The notes beneath the pieces were generated by a model. The model had not been told where the DNA came from, made no database searches, and was given only the letters and a program-made list of their open reading frames with translations. A stretch of DNA of 64,000 nt from an uncultured Pseudohongiella sp. GTDB lineage: Bacteria > Pseudomonadota > Gammaproteobacteria > Pseudomonadales > Pseudohongiellaceae. Location of the stretch: assembly GCA_965222175.1 (NCBI GenBank), contig OZ244938.1, positions 2,486,932-2,550,931 of the forward strand. The letters are read 5' to 3'. Shown here piece by piece: positions 47,615 through 58,385 of this stretch (position 1 is its first letter; each line of letters starts with the position of its first letter). Made by a program: the position numbers and the translations under genes.

Positions 47615-48493
47615 TCAGGCAGCTATACCCAACTTCCTGTGGGTTCGCGCAACAGCCCTGGCATTCTTGCTATCAATCCACGCCTGCCCTTTCAGTCGAC
47701 GCATCAGGTTGTCGAAGTGGCGCATCACCATCAGGTTGTACAGCGCCCTGGCCTGGTTTCCCGGCTTCCTGGCCACGGCGCGAAGGCTCAGGGAAAATCC
47801 GGGGGTCAGGTATCGCATGTAGTGCCAGTATCCTTCCGGCATGTACAGTACGTTGCCATGATCCAGAAACCCGGTAAATCCCCTGGCTCTTGTCAAGGCG
47901 GGCCATTTTCCGTAATCGGGATTCACAAAGTCGATATCCTCCCTGGTAATCAGCGAGTGCGGGATCTTGTACAGGTAGTCACTTTGTGTCTGGTCAAAAA
48001 GGATCACCTGTTTTCTGCCCTGAAAATGGCAGTGAAAGACGTTGGCCAGGTCGATATCGTAGTGCATAAAGGTATGGCTGTCTTTGCCGCCGAAGAACAT
48101 CATGGGCAGTCCTTGCAACAGTCTTAAGCCGAGATCAGGCCATTTGAAATCCTGCTGCAATTCCGGCACTTCCTTGAGCATGTTCCACAGGAAAATGCGG
48201 TACTTCGTCGGCTCCCGCTTCAGCAGGTCGATGTAGTCACTCATCTTCATTTTCGCATGGGGTTCGTTAAAGCCATCCTGGTAATCTACCGGACGGTCGT
48301 CATATAGCGATACCACCACGTCACCGGCGATTTTTGCCATGTAGTCCAGGTTCCATCTGGAACAGGCAGGCCAGTCGTCGATCAACCGTTCTATTATCAG
48401 CGGTTTCTGAGGCTTGAAATACTGGGTGAGAAATACTTCCTTCCCAAGAGTTTCGACCCGATCAATCTGCCGTAATTCCATGCCGGGGCTCAA
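47615..48493 (-). CDS. JmjC/cupin-8 domain protein (2-oxoglutarate/Fe(II)-dependent hydroxylase-like)
   Basis: 292 aa. HTFMHYDID...HCHFQGRK..LYMPEGYWHY is a JmjC-like HxD...H facial triad. Confidence 0.6.
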   Translation of the reverse strand: MSPGMELRQIDRVETLGKEVFLTQYFKPQKPLIIERLIDDWPACSRWNLDYMAKIAGDVVVSLYDDRPVDYQDGFNEPHAKMKMSDYIDLLKREPTKYRIFLWNMLKEVPELQQDFKWPDLGLRLLQGLPMMFFGGKDSHTFMHYDIDLANVFHCHFQGRKQVILFDQTQSDYLYKIPHSLITREDIDFVNPDYGKWPALTRARGFTGFLDHGNVLYMPEGYWHYMRYLTPGFSLSLRAVARKPGNQARALYNLMVMRHFDNLMRRLKGQAWIDSKNARAVARTHRKLGIAA

Positions 48494-48615
48494 TATGTGA
48501 TAGTGGTATGTACTGTCGCTTGAGGGTACCGCCGCGCTGGATCAGTGTCCATCCTGGTGGCTGTCAGCCAGTTGCCGGCCTCTGTGCAACTGGATAATTA
48601 CTGAGGAACCTCTGA

Positions 48616-50043
48616 TCATTCAAATATTGTCGCCCCGGGGAAAAAGGCCGTCCAGGCGTACCAGTAGGCAATGTACGAATTGGTTTTCTGCAGGCTCTGC
48701 CCTTCCCTGGGCCCGCTTACGGCATTGCCAAACAGGTCCCACAGGTTACCTTCATTGTCCGTCATTACTATCGGCAACTGGTTTTCCACGGGCAAAAAGT
48801 CCAGCCGGCTGCAGTCCTCCAACTGACGATTGTAGACGGCGCCGAAATTGCGGTCGCCACTGCCCACTACAACCACATCCATGTCACCAACAACTTCGTT
48901 CAGCACGGTGACACCTGGGTCGAAATTCCCGATTGGATAAACACGGGACGCATCCCCGACGTTGATCCCCAGTACCCGCTCCTTGCGGTGCAGGCGCCGG
49001 TCGTCGCTGTTCTCAACGGGAAATCTCAAGGACGGGTTGGTGCGGAAGGTGCCGTAGGGATAACTTTCATAGGGCCGACTGTAACCGGTAAAATCAGTCA
49101 ACAGCATTGTCTCCGGGTACATGGACTGCCAGGTTTTCCAGGTGGTCTCAATGACCTGTACGCGTTCCGGTATGGATAACAGTCGCGGGCCATTGATGGC
49201 CTGCTCGAGCATCTGGGACCAGAGACTTCCGGTCTCCCGGTCGTACAGAATCAGGTTGGAGTTTAACAGCAGGCCCGAGGTGCCGAAGGTACTATCCTGT
49301 GCGTCAATCTGGCCTTTCCACATCATCGCCGAACCGGTCAGAGGACAGTAGCTCAAGGTGAGATCCACAGCTTCGCCGTCGATGAGATACTGATCGTTCA
49401 CGATTTCATGCCAGTCCAGGATGTAATGCGGATAGGCGCGGACGTCCTCGCCGATCCTGACGCCAACCACCAGGTCGTCCGGTGCAAGTGTCGTCCTGCT
49501 CTGCAAACCGAATATCGGCGTATCGACGGGGGGAATTCCGTCCGGTCCCGGGCCGCCGTCGAATAAAAACTCCGTGGACACGGAAAACCCATCGACAATG
49601 TCCGGATTGTCAACACCGTGACTGGAGTCCGGGACGGGTCTGGCACAGGCGCCTACGTCGCTTTCATTGAGTCCGAAATCCACCAGCGTCAACTGCAACA
49701 CCGGCTCCGACTGTACCTCCAGGTTAACCCAGTAGGACAGATCTCCTACCGGGAGTGCCGGAATTTCCAGCAGCCCGTGGTTGAGACGGTTAGGTTCTGC
49801 AAAAGTGGAACCGTTGAGTTCAGTGAAATCCACGACAGTGAATGCCAGTGGGTCACTGGCCGGCACGATTTGCAACTCCACAGCATAGTAAAGCTGGCCA
49901 ACCTCCAGTTCATGGAGAGTGAGGATGTCACCATCCAACGTCGCTACCTGGGCCATTCCTGCCTGGGGTCGGCTCAACAGCAGGATCGTACAAAGAAAAG
50001 TAAGCGGAATTATCAGTAAACGGCCGGGCAACGCCTTTATCAT
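48616..50043 (-). CDS. Secreted DUF3179-domain protein
   Basis: Signal peptide. C-terminal YPHYILDWHEIVND...CPLTGS...LILYDRETGSLW...YIAYWYAWTAFFP. Confidence 0.6.
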   Translation of the reverse strand: MIKALPGRLLIIPLTFLCTILLLSRPQAGMAQVATLDGDILTLHELEVGQLYYAVELQIVPASDPLAFTVVDFTELNGSTFAEPNRLNHGLLEIPALPVGDLSYWVNLEVQSEPVLQLTLVDFGLNESDVGACARPVPDSSHGVDNPDIVDGFSVSTEFLFDGGPGPDGIPPVDTPIFGLQSRTTLAPDDLVVGVRIGEDVRAYPHYILDWHEIVNDQYLIDGEAVDLTLSYCPLTGSAMMWKGQIDAQDSTFGTSGLLLNSNLILYDRETGSLWSQMLEQAINGPRLLSIPERVQVIETTWKTWQSMYPETMLLTDFTGYSRPYESYPYGTFRTNPSLRFPVENSDDRRLHRKERVLGINVGDASRVYPIGNFDPGVTVLNEVVGDMDVVVVGSGDRNFGAVYNRQLEDCSRLDFLPVENQLPIVMTDNEGNLWDLFGNAVSGPREGQSLQKTNSYIAYWYAWTAFFPGATIFE

Positions 50044-50252
50044 TATTGGTCCCCGCACAATGGCCTGGTCGGTGGGAACTTCCCTGAATCAGGGAAACTC
50101 GTAGATGCCGAAAGGACCGATACACCGGGCATTTTATTTCAATGGTTGAAGCGTAGTTTCAAAATCTGATGACCTGCGGGACGAAACCGGGACGACTCTG
50201 GCAGGCCGCTGAGAAACGTCATGAGCAGAGCCAGTAGTTTTTCAACAGCGTT

Positions 50253-51278
50253 CTAGTCTTCCTCGTCGATTTCCGCGTTAACCTCCTCGGTTCGTGCGCC
50301 GGCCAGGATGCCCACCATGCCGTAGTTGCCTTCGTGGCAGGCATACTCGTAGATCGGCTCGTCCATACGGGACAGGGGGTATTCCCCGGTGAACTCAGCG
50401 GTAAACACGGTGGGATCGTTTACGGTGAAGCCATAGATCAGCTTGTTGTCCGTGACCCGGCGAAAACGTTCGGTCACCGTCAGGTTTTCCACCGGCAAGC
50501 CCCGTAATCGATGCCAGGTATTGAAATGCCTGGTCTCCACCACCAGGGTGTCACCGTCCCAGTAGCCGATTGAATCCCCCATCCACTTACGGTGCGCTGC
50601 CGCCGCCGGGTTGTGCTGGTCGGTGATTTTGATGATCCGTGCGTCGTGGACCATTTCGGCGACGATAACAACATAGCCTGGCGCCTGGACAAACTGCAGG
50701 TGGCTGTTGTAGATGATGGGACTCATTACCGGACCCGACAGGTTGCCGAAGGCCACCAGGCAGCGTTCACCCAGGCTGCGACCTTCCGGCCCGGTACTGC
50801 GGCGACCACGGGTGCCCTGGTCATCCCGGCGCTGCTCTTCCAGGCGCCCCACCATCTCGGGTTGTAATGGCGGCAGGCGGCCATTGGGCGGATCAATGAT
50901 TGCCGACGTCCTGAACTCGCCGTCGATGGTGGGAATGAACTGCGCGTCGTCCCGCCAGAACAGGTCGTAATTGCCAATGGGTGGCAGGGAATCAGCGACT
51001 TCTGGTGCTGGCCGGTCCGGATCCAGGGGCTCGTTGTCAGCATCGAAGCGTTGCTGGCGTTCACGCTCGATAGCGATGGCCTCTTCTTCCGTGTAGGCAC
51101 GCTTTTCGCCCAGGGCGACGGGACGCTCCATGGGGATAATGGAAGCGTGTTTCCACACCGCCTGCAGGTCGGGCACACCCCATTCAGTGCGCGGCACCTG
51201 GTAGTCCTGGGCTATCGCCCCTCCGGAAAATGCCAGCACGGTGGCAATGGCGGTAGTCAACAGGTCTCGGACGGCCAT
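50253..51278 (-). CDS. Secreted hypothetical protein
   Basis: Signal peptide MAVRDLLTTAIATVLAFSGGAIAQ. Conserved-looking YEYACHEGNY near the C-terminus. Confidence 0.5.
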   Translation of the reverse strand: MAVRDLLTTAIATVLAFSGGAIAQDYQVPRTEWGVPDLQAVWKHASIIPMERPVALGEKRAYTEEEAIAIERERQQRFDADNEPLDPDRPAPEVADSLPPIGNYDLFWRDDAQFIPTIDGEFRTSAIIDPPNGRLPPLQPEMVGRLEEQRRDDQGTRGRRSTGPEGRSLGERCLVAFGNLSGPVMSPIIYNSHLQFVQAPGYVVIVAEMVHDARIIKITDQHNPAAAAHRKWMGDSIGYWDGDTLVVETRHFNTWHRLRGLPVENLTVTERFRRVTDNKLIYGFTVNDPTVFTAEFTGEYPLSRMDEPIYEYACHEGNYGMVGILAGARTEEVNAEIDEED

Positions 51279-51469
51279 GGATTCGCTCCTCATCAGTTTA
51301 TGCCGGGGACAACAGATTGTTGTTGGCTTTCATCCTATCGGTTGCACCCTGACAAGACAACCGTATTGGCTGGTCCGTCGGGCAGGCCCGGAATGCAGCC
51401 TAGGCTCACTAAGCAACAGGCCTCGACACCGGTCCGCCGGACCGCACGCCTCAGGGTTTCTTCATGTCA

Positions 51470-53053
51470 TTACGGCCTGGCACAATAAAAATTTTCCGCC
51501 TCGTCGGTACTGCCATCGCCATCGTAAATGGCCACCTGTGGGTGCACACACAGTGGCCTGGTGCGGATCACGGCACCATCTTCCACCTTCGAGGCGATGA
51601 TGCGTTCCGGCGCAATGCCCTTCTCCACCCAGTTTTCCAGTGCAGTCAGCGCATCGAATCGATCCGGTCCAGGCCCACCCGAGCAATGGCCCATACCCGG
51701 CACCATGAACAGCCGGAAAAAATCCTGTGTCTCGGCAAGTGCCACCTCCCTGTCCGCGGTTTTGATGTCTTTCTGGATAAAGTCCACGACCTCGCGGAAA
51801 TAATCGATTGAAGCTAACGGTGAAATGTCCGGATCGCTCCATCCGTGATAAACGATCAGCTTGGAGCCGGCATCCCGGAACAAAGCGAGATTCGGATTCG
51901 CGGCGTCCACCGCCGGTCCGACTTTCTGCAGGGCGAAATCCAGATCCCTATCGTAATCGAAAGTTCTAAAATCCCATTCCGGGTCATCAAAAACAAACCA
52001 GCGGAAAAAACCCTCGCCTCCCAGCCAGTGCAGAGAACGAAAAGGCTCACTCCCTGTCACCCACCTGGCCCAGCCACCCGGTGCGGCTTCGCCGCCGGGC
52101 ACCAACCCGGGATAGACCAGTTCGCCTGCCGAATTGCTGACCCCTGACCAGATTTTCTCCACAGCCGATACCTGCTTCGGCGTCAGGCAGCTGTCATCGT
52201 CGGTGCCGGCCGGACAGGCCAGCGACTCGGGCCTGAACTTACAGGCCAGCGGATCCATCAGGATGCCGTCTTCGATACCATCCCGGGCATCGCAGGCCTC
52301 GTTAACCGCACTGCCCAGCGCGGGCAACTTGGCCGGAGGAATCCAGGCCTCTTCGTCGGCCAGCATGGCCAGTGAATACCACAGGTGGGCGCCGGCATAG
52401 AACCGCGTCCAGTCATTGGCCGGGTCTCCTGCGACAATGCCATCGAAGTCATAGGGGTAACGCTGCGCTTCCATCAGCCCCTGCTGCCCGCCTTTGGAAC
52501 AGCCCACGTAGTAGGAATAGTCGGGGGAAGCCTGGTAAAGCGCCTTGACAGCCTTTTTGCCATTGACCGTGGTTCGATGCAGACCACGATGACCAAAGTC
52601 CTCGATCAGATCCGGTCGACCGGAGGCCCACGACGCATCGAAAGGCGGGCCCGCCTCATGGCCGGTGTCGGTACTCGCTGTGGCATAGCCACGGCGCAAC
52701 GCGGCGGCCATGGGGCTGTAGCTGATCGTACCGGCCATGCCACCATTACCGACAACCTGGAATTTTCGATTCCAGTCGGTAGCGGGCAGCCACACCTCGA
52801 ACTTAACCGCGGGCCGGGTGACACCCTGGAGGCGGCAGAACGCCGGGGTAGTCAGCGCAGTGTCTGTACCCGGAGGTACAAAGCCGTTGGCCGCCACGAT
52901 TTCCGCCACAGTGATGGTGGTCATATCCAGCGTCAGTGACGTAAGCTGCTCACAGGCCCGGACAAAGCCAGGATCCTGTGCCTGCGCCGACCAGCAGGCT
53001 CCCAGTGCCATTATTGTGATACATGGCGCTTTAAATTGACAAACCAGATGCAT
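51470..53053 (-). CDS. Tannase/feruloyl-esterase family serine hydrolase (secreted)
   Basis: GCSKGGQQG nucleophile elbow in a tannase-family context. Signal peptide. Confidence 0.75.
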   Translation of the reverse strand: MHLVCQFKAPCITIMALGACWSAQAQDPGFVRACEQLTSLTLDMTTITVAEIVAANGFVPPGTDTALTTPAFCRLQGVTRPAVKFEVWLPATDWNRKFQVVGNGGMAGTISYSPMAAALRRGYATASTDTGHEAGPPFDASWASGRPDLIEDFGHRGLHRTTVNGKKAVKALYQASPDYSYYVGCSKGGQQGLMEAQRYPYDFDGIVAGDPANDWTRFYAGAHLWYSLAMLADEEAWIPPAKLPALGSAVNEACDARDGIEDGILMDPLACKFRPESLACPAGTDDDSCLTPKQVSAVEKIWSGVSNSAGELVYPGLVPGGEAAPGGWARWVTGSEPFRSLHWLGGEGFFRWFVFDDPEWDFRTFDYDRDLDFALQKVGPAVDAANPNLALFRDAGSKLIVYHGWSDPDISPLASIDYFREVVDFIQKDIKTADREVALAETQDFFRLFMVPGMGHCSGGPGPDRFDALTALENWVEKGIAPERIIASKVEDGAVIRTRPLCVHPQVAIYDGDGSTDEAENFYCARP

Positions 53054-53237
53054 GAAGTTGCTCCGCTCTTGCAGTCCCATGACAATCCAACAATCTTTTG
53101 CCAGTCCCTGTTGAATCCAGAATCTTTCGCGACTGCCGGAAACGTGAATAACCAGTCCCGGTCATCAGCACACCGCTAACAGGCGCGTTGTGCAGATCAG
53201 GGCTGGCGGAAAAACCAGTGGGCAGCGCTACCCCGGG

Positions 53238-53789
53238 TCAGCCTCTATAGGTAACTCGAAACGTCCACCAGTGATCGAAGCGCTGCTGATCCAGCGGCGG
53301 CCGAGGCGTCACCATGGTCTCTATATCGGTATGCTGCAACTTCAGTACACGCGCCTGGAAAGCCCGGTCCATGACGGCGGGATCGGTCTCGCGATTCAAG
53401 GTGACCGGATAGACCAGGTCTCCGAGCCGCAACAGGGCCGGTTCATCGGCTTCAACTTTCGAAGCCCAGTACTTGCGGTCACACACCGAACAGCTCAGGA
53501 ACAGCTCCCCTTCCGGCGTAGCCATGCAGTTCAGGTTAATGGAATGTGGTCGGATGCCGTCCCAGATCTGCAGCTGACAGAGGTTTTCCTGATTGGCCGC
53601 AGTGGTGGTCCAGTCACTCACCGGCTCATCCACCCGCTCACCAAACAGGTAACCGCCGGGCATCAGTCTGCAGGGGCAGATGCTGGAATAGATCAGGAAA
53701 CCCGCCATGCCAGCCACCAGCAGAACCGCCAGGCCGCCACCGACCCAGAGCCTGGGATTCCTGCCGTGCTGAACAGTTTTTCCATTCAT
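53238..53789 (-). CDS. Membrane-anchored hypothetical protein
   Basis: Internal Met MNGKTVQHGRNPRLWVGGGLAVLLVAGMAGFLIY, then a ~150 aa domain. Confidence 0.4.
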   Translation of the reverse strand: MNGKTVQHGRNPRLWVGGGLAVLLVAGMAGFLIYSSICPCRLMPGGYLFGERVDEPVSDWTTTAANQENLCQLQIWDGIRPHSINLNCMATPEGELFLSCSVCDRKYWASKVEADEPALLRLGDLVYPVTLNRETDPAVMDRAFQARVLKLQHTDIETMVTPRPPLDQQRFDHWWTFRVTYRG

Positions 53790-54203
53790 GGTATCGACTC
53801 TTAATTTATTGGTATTTGCTGTTGTACCTAAGTTCTGCGTTCTGCACGCTTTTTGCCAGATTGAACAGTGGACCCGATAGGAGCGACGTCCACAACACCA
53901 ATTTCCTGCCTGCGCATGGATCCCGTCTGGTTGCAGGGGACAGCAGGGATTGATGTTATTGATCACGGAGCCAAAAAACGAATTTTTCGCTTCCCCGGTC
54001 AAGCCTACGATTTTTCATCGTCCACCTGCAAGAGGTAACCGGCAACGTCACAGCACTCCGCAGAACCTCATTGATATGCGACGGAAGCCCTGTGGTCGGC
54101 TGGTTTATGCCGGAGCGGGTAATGTATAGTTGACGGTACACAATGACGGTTGTAGCAACGTGGCTATACGCCTATTTTCAAGGTTTTCAGGAGAGTTTTC
54201 CCC

Positions 54204-54764
54204 ATGCGTTCATTTTTTCTTGCCCTCATACTGACCTGCAGCACTGCCGTACTGGCACAGGACAATCCGGTGGTGGTCATGGAGACCAGCAAGGGCACCA
54301 TCACCATCGAACTGTTCGCGGACAAGGCCCCTGTGTCAGTTGAGAATTTCCTGCGCTATACCGACAATGACTTCTACGACGGCCTGATTTTTCACCGCGT
54401 CATCAACGGCTTCATGATTCAGGGCGGTGGGTTCGATACCGACATGGTTCAGCAATCCACCTACGATGCCATCAAGAACGAAGCCCGTGCGGATGTGCCC
54501 AATCGCCGCGGTACCCTGGCCATGGCACGGACCAGCGTGGTGGATAGCGCCACTTCCCAGTTTTTCATCAACCTGGTGGACAACGATTACCTGAATCACC
54601 AGGACGAAACGCCCCGCGGCTTCGGTTATGCGGTATTCGGCCAGGTGATTGACGGCATGGATGTCGTTGATACCATCGCCCAGGTGGAAACCGGCATGGT
54701 ACGGGGTTACGCTGATGTACCGAATGAGCCGGTGATCATCACTTCGGTTGCCCGCAAAGAATGA
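54204..54764 (+). CDS. ppiA: Periplasmic peptidyl-prolyl cis-trans isomerase (cyclophilin type)
   Basis: Signal peptide, then FHRVINGFMIQGGGF and other cyclophilin motifs. Confidence 0.9.
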   Translation: MRSFFLALILTCSTAVLAQDNPVVVMETSKGTITIELFADKAPVSVENFLRYTDNDFYDGLIFHRVINGFMIQGGGFDTDMVQQSTYDAIKNEARADVPNRRGTLAMARTSVVDSATSQFFINLVDNDYLNHQDETPRGFGYAVFGQVIDGMDVVDTIAQVETGMVRGYADVPNEPVIITSVARKE

Positions 54765-54820
54765 TTGTTAACGACGTGAAATCAATTGCCTGGCGGGTGC
54801 ATTGACCAACCGGGACCGCT

Positions 54821-56809
54821 TCAACTCTTGAACAGGCGGGTCACTTTTGCGGTTTCAGACATTTCTTCCTGACCGGGGGTGGACTCCAGCAGAAGTTGCT
54901 CCTGTCCCTGGGCGGCAGACCACAGCGGATCGGCTACTTCGTCCCCCGGCTCGAAGCCGTCCACCGCTTCCACCAGGATTTCCCGTGCGTTGACAAGATC
55001 ACCGCCCTGGCAGGCGATTTCCAGTCTTTCCAGCAGTTTCTCCAGCTTGCTCCACGCCAGGAACTCCTCCTCTGCCCGCAATATCTTGGGGTGGTCGGTG
55101 CCGGTAACGGATTCACCGATCAACAATTCCTCGTAGAGTTTCTCGCCCGGACGAAGACCGGAATACTCGATGGCGATGTCGCCTCGATAGGAGTTTTCAT
55201 CTTTCACGTCGTAACCCATTAGGTGGATCATTTTCTTGGCCAGATCGACGATCTTGATGGGTTCATGCATATCCAGCACGAAGACATCCCCGCCCCGCGC
55301 CATGGAACCGGCCTGGATGACCAGCTGAGCCGCTTCCTGCACCGTCATGAAATAGCGGGTTACCTCGGGATGGGTTACCGTTACCGGCCCGCCCTGGGCA
55401 ATCTGGCGCCTGAACAGGGGTACGACAGATCCGGAGGAACCCAGTACGTTGCCGAACCGGACCATGCTGAACCGGGTGCTGCCACCGTTCTGCGACATGG
55501 CCTGCAGTATCTGTTCGGCAAAGCGTTTCGTTGCCCCCATGACGTTGGTTGGCCGTACGGCCTTGTCGGTGGAAATAAAAACGAAGTTCCTGACACCGAA
55601 TTTTGCGGCGGCGGAGGCTGAAATCAGCGTGCCGAAAATATTGTTCTGCACGCCTTCGACGATATTTTTTTCAACCATTGGCACCTGCTTGTAGGCGGCC
55701 GCGTGGTAAACCGTGTCCAGCCTGAATCCGGACATGGCATTTTCCATCTGTACGCGATTGCACACCGAACCCAGCAGCGCAATGATTTCCACCTGCTGGG
55801 ACGCCTCGAGCCCGGCCAGGGTCTCCTGCAGCTCGCTTTCAATTTCGTAGAGTCCGAATTCGAAGTTGTCGAGCAGAACCAGGCGGGCGGGCCTCAACAG
55901 CACTATCTGACGACACAGTTCTGCGCCGATGGAGCCGGCCGCACCGGTGACCATGACCGATTGGCCCGTTATACAGGCTCCCAGCAGCTCCGGATTCGGA
56001 GGCACGGTATCGCGTCCCAACAGATCCTCGATGTCGACATCCCGTATCTCATCCACGCCCACTTTTCCGGTCACCATGTCGAACAGGTCCGGCACTGTCT
56101 TGACATGCACCGGCAGGTGCTCAAGGCGATTCAGAATCTCCTTGCGCTCGGCATGGGTGGCCGACGGTATGGCCAGCAGAATCTGCCGGACGGAAAAGGA
56201 TTCGATGAGTTCGTAAAGGGCATTGGGACTGTAAACGCGTATCCCGTGAACGGTGCTGCCGACAATTTCCTGACCGTCATCGACAAAGGCCACCGGCAGG
56301 TACTGGTCACCACTTTGCAGCGCTGCAACCAGCTGCATTCCCGAACTGCCCGCCCCGTAGATAATTACCGGTTCCTTGGGACGAAAATTCTGAATCAGCG
56401 CCTGCAGCACCATCTTGGCGGCAAAGCGGCTCCCGCCAATAAACAACAGGGACATCATCCAGTAGATGCCCAGCAGCGAATAGGCGGCGGCATCCAGCTG
56501 ATTGCCGCTCAGCAGTATCGCCGCCGCCACCAGGGCTGTGGCCACGGTAATACCCTGCAACAGGATAACCACGGACTGAAAGCCCATATACAGTACGATG
56601 GCCCGGTACAGGCCCATCCGTCCGAACAGCAGGATACTGCCCAGGTTTGCCAGCACCAGGTACACGTAGAAAGACTGATTGTAGGCAAAAAAATCCTGGC
56701 CAAGCAGGGCCATGGAAAACGCCAGGGTAATAACCAGCAACACGCTGTCCGACATCATCAGCAGGATCTGCTTTACCGATCGCGACAAGGTAATACTGTA
56801 GGGATTCAT
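54821..56809 (-). CDS. Membrane-bound nucleotide-sugar 4,6-dehydratase/epimerase (WbpM/PglF/CapD family)
   Basis: 662 aa. Four N-terminal TM helices and two Rossmann motifs (GAGSSG; VTGAAGSIG). Confidence 0.85.
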   Translation of the reverse strand: MNPYSITLSRSVKQILLMMSDSVLLVITLAFSMALLGQDFFAYNQSFYVYLVLANLGSILLFGRMGLYRAIVLYMGFQSVVILLQGITVATALVAAAILLSGNQLDAAAYSLLGIYWMMSLLFIGGSRFAAKMVLQALIQNFRPKEPVIIYGAGSSGMQLVAALQSGDQYLPVAFVDDGQEIVGSTVHGIRVYSPNALYELIESFSVRQILLAIPSATHAERKEILNRLEHLPVHVKTVPDLFDMVTGKVGVDEIRDVDIEDLLGRDTVPPNPELLGACITGQSVMVTGAAGSIGAELCRQIVLLRPARLVLLDNFEFGLYEIESELQETLAGLEASQQVEIIALLGSVCNRVQMENAMSGFRLDTVYHAAAYKQVPMVEKNIVEGVQNNIFGTLISASAAAKFGVRNFVFISTDKAVRPTNVMGATKRFAEQILQAMSQNGGSTRFSMVRFGNVLGSSGSVVPLFRRQIAQGGPVTVTHPEVTRYFMTVQEAAQLVIQAGSMARGGDVFVLDMHEPIKIVDLAKKMIHLMGYDVKDENSYRGDIAIEYSGLRPGEKLYEELLIGESVTGTDHPKILRAEEEFLAWSKLEKLLERLEIACQGGDLVNAREILVEAVDGFEPGDEVADPLWSAAQGQEQLLLESTPGQEEMSETAKVTRLFKS

Positions 56810-56942
56810 AATGCTTTTCCTGCTGTTTTCTTTTTCGACACGCTGTTCCCCCGGTTTCCGGCTCAGGCAATGACTGTGTTCCGTGGCTATCTTGTCAGGC
56901 TTGGCAATCTGGCCGTGTTATCTGTAGCAGCTACCTGACTTT

Positions 56943-57013
56943 GTTAATTATTCGGTGTTAATTATTCGGTGTTAATTATTCGGTGTTAATTGTTAGGTGT
57001 TAATTGTCCGGTG
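56943..57013. repeat. Tandem repeat, ~5 copies of 15-bp unit GTTAATTATTCGGTG (last copies degenerate)
   Basis: ttaattattcggtg x3, then ttaattgttaggtg, then ttaattgtccggtg. Lies in the 327-bp spacer between the wecA-like stop and the wbpM-like start. Confidence 0.85.
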
Positions 57014-57135
57014 ATCAAAAGCAGGTACCGGGCCTCAGAATCCCTGAGGCTTCCGGTAAAAACGGTATCTGCCCGGACTGATTGCTCAACCACCCCGGGA
57101 TCCCGCGGGGCTTGTCCTGGATTTATGTCGCAAGC

Positions 57136-58167
57136 TCAATTGGTCCCGCACATTTCCACTGCCGGCGTCCCTGCTCGCAGTCGCCTCGCCAGGTACAGCA
57201 ATGGCATCAATCCTATCACAGCCAGGTAAAATCCGGCTTCCGGTTTCATCGTGGCCAACCCCCCCAGCGGCGCCAGCCACAATAACGTGATAGTAATCAC
57301 GCCGACAGTCACCCGGCGATGGCTCCCGGCACGTCGCGCCGCATGCTGGTAGCCATGGTTGCTGTGCCCCTGGTACCAGGTCTGTCGGTCGATAAGGCGG
57401 TATGCCAGGGTGTAGGTTGAATCGACCACGAAGACTCCCAGCAGCAACAACCAGACCCAGGGGGTAGAACCGCCATTGGCGATGCCGGTCAGGGCCAGCG
57501 CCCCGATCAGGTAGGCCAGGAAGTTACTGCCGGCGTCGCCCATGAATATCTTCGCCGGTGGCCAGTTCCAGAACAGGAAGCCCAGGGTAACGGCAATAGC
57601 CAGGGAAGCCACGGGCAACTCCCGGGTCTCGCCCGCCAGCATAGCCAGCAGACATGACACCAGCATGACAATAACCGCCTCGCTGGCAGCCAGCCCGTCG
57701 ATGCCATCCATGAAATTAAACAGGTTCAACAGCCAGACGAAGGAAACCACGGCAAGAAGGTTGATTAACGGGGAGTTTTCCAGGCGCAGTGCACCAAACT
57801 GTATTGCCGGCAGGTCACCAACCCAGTAAATCACCCAGAGGGCGCTGGCCAGCTGGGCAGCAAGACGCCAGCGGATACTCAGACTCCTCAGATCATCGAT
57901 GTAGCCCACCAGGGCAAGAGGCAGACAACCGGCAAAAAGCAACAACGTGGTTGCATCCACCATGCCCCGGCCATTGTAGAACAGCAGTGTCACCAGGAAC
58001 ACCACCGCCATGGCGATGCCGCCACCGGAGGGCATGGGCCGCTTGTGGGCGCTGCGGTCCACTGGTCGATCGAACCAGTGCCTGCTGATGCTGACTCGGA
58101 TGAGGCCCCAGGTAAGCAGTACCGTGATACAAAACGAAACCGTCAGCGATCCCCAGCCAATCATCAA
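57136..58167 (-). CDS. Undecaprenyl-phosphate GlcNAc-1-phosphate transferase family (WecA/WbpL, MraY-like)
   Basis: 343 aa, polytopic. VGYIDD motif. Confidence 0.8.
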   Translation of the reverse strand: MMIGWGSLTVSFCITVLLTWGLIRVSISRHWFDRPVDRSAHKRPMPSGGGIAMAVVFLVTLLFYNGRGMVDATTLLLFAGCLPLALVGYIDDLRSLSIRWRLAAQLASALWVIYWVGDLPAIQFGALRLENSPLINLLAVVSFVWLLNLFNFMDGIDGLAASEAVIVMLVSCLLAMLAGETRELPVASLAIAVTLGFLFWNWPPAKIFMGDAGSNFLAYLIGALALTGIANGGSTPWVWLLLLGVFVVDSTYTLAYRLIDRQTWYQGHSNHGYQHAARRAGSHRRVTVGVITITLLWLAPLGGLATMKPEAGFYLAVIGLMPLLYLARRLRAGTPAVEMCGTN

Positions 58168-58385
58168 TACTGCACCCCGGTATGCGCAAGTACAAATAGC
58201 TGATTTTAATTCTGGTGGATCGACAATGACAGCCGGAATATCACCGACAGACCTGGAGGCCCTGAATCAAGGCCGACTTACCGCGCTGGCAGCCGCCGTG
58301 ATGCCGGTGTATTCCGGGATGAAACCGGGATCGGCAGCCAATCCGCAGGACACCGGCACCGTCGACGTTGCTCAGACCATGGCGG

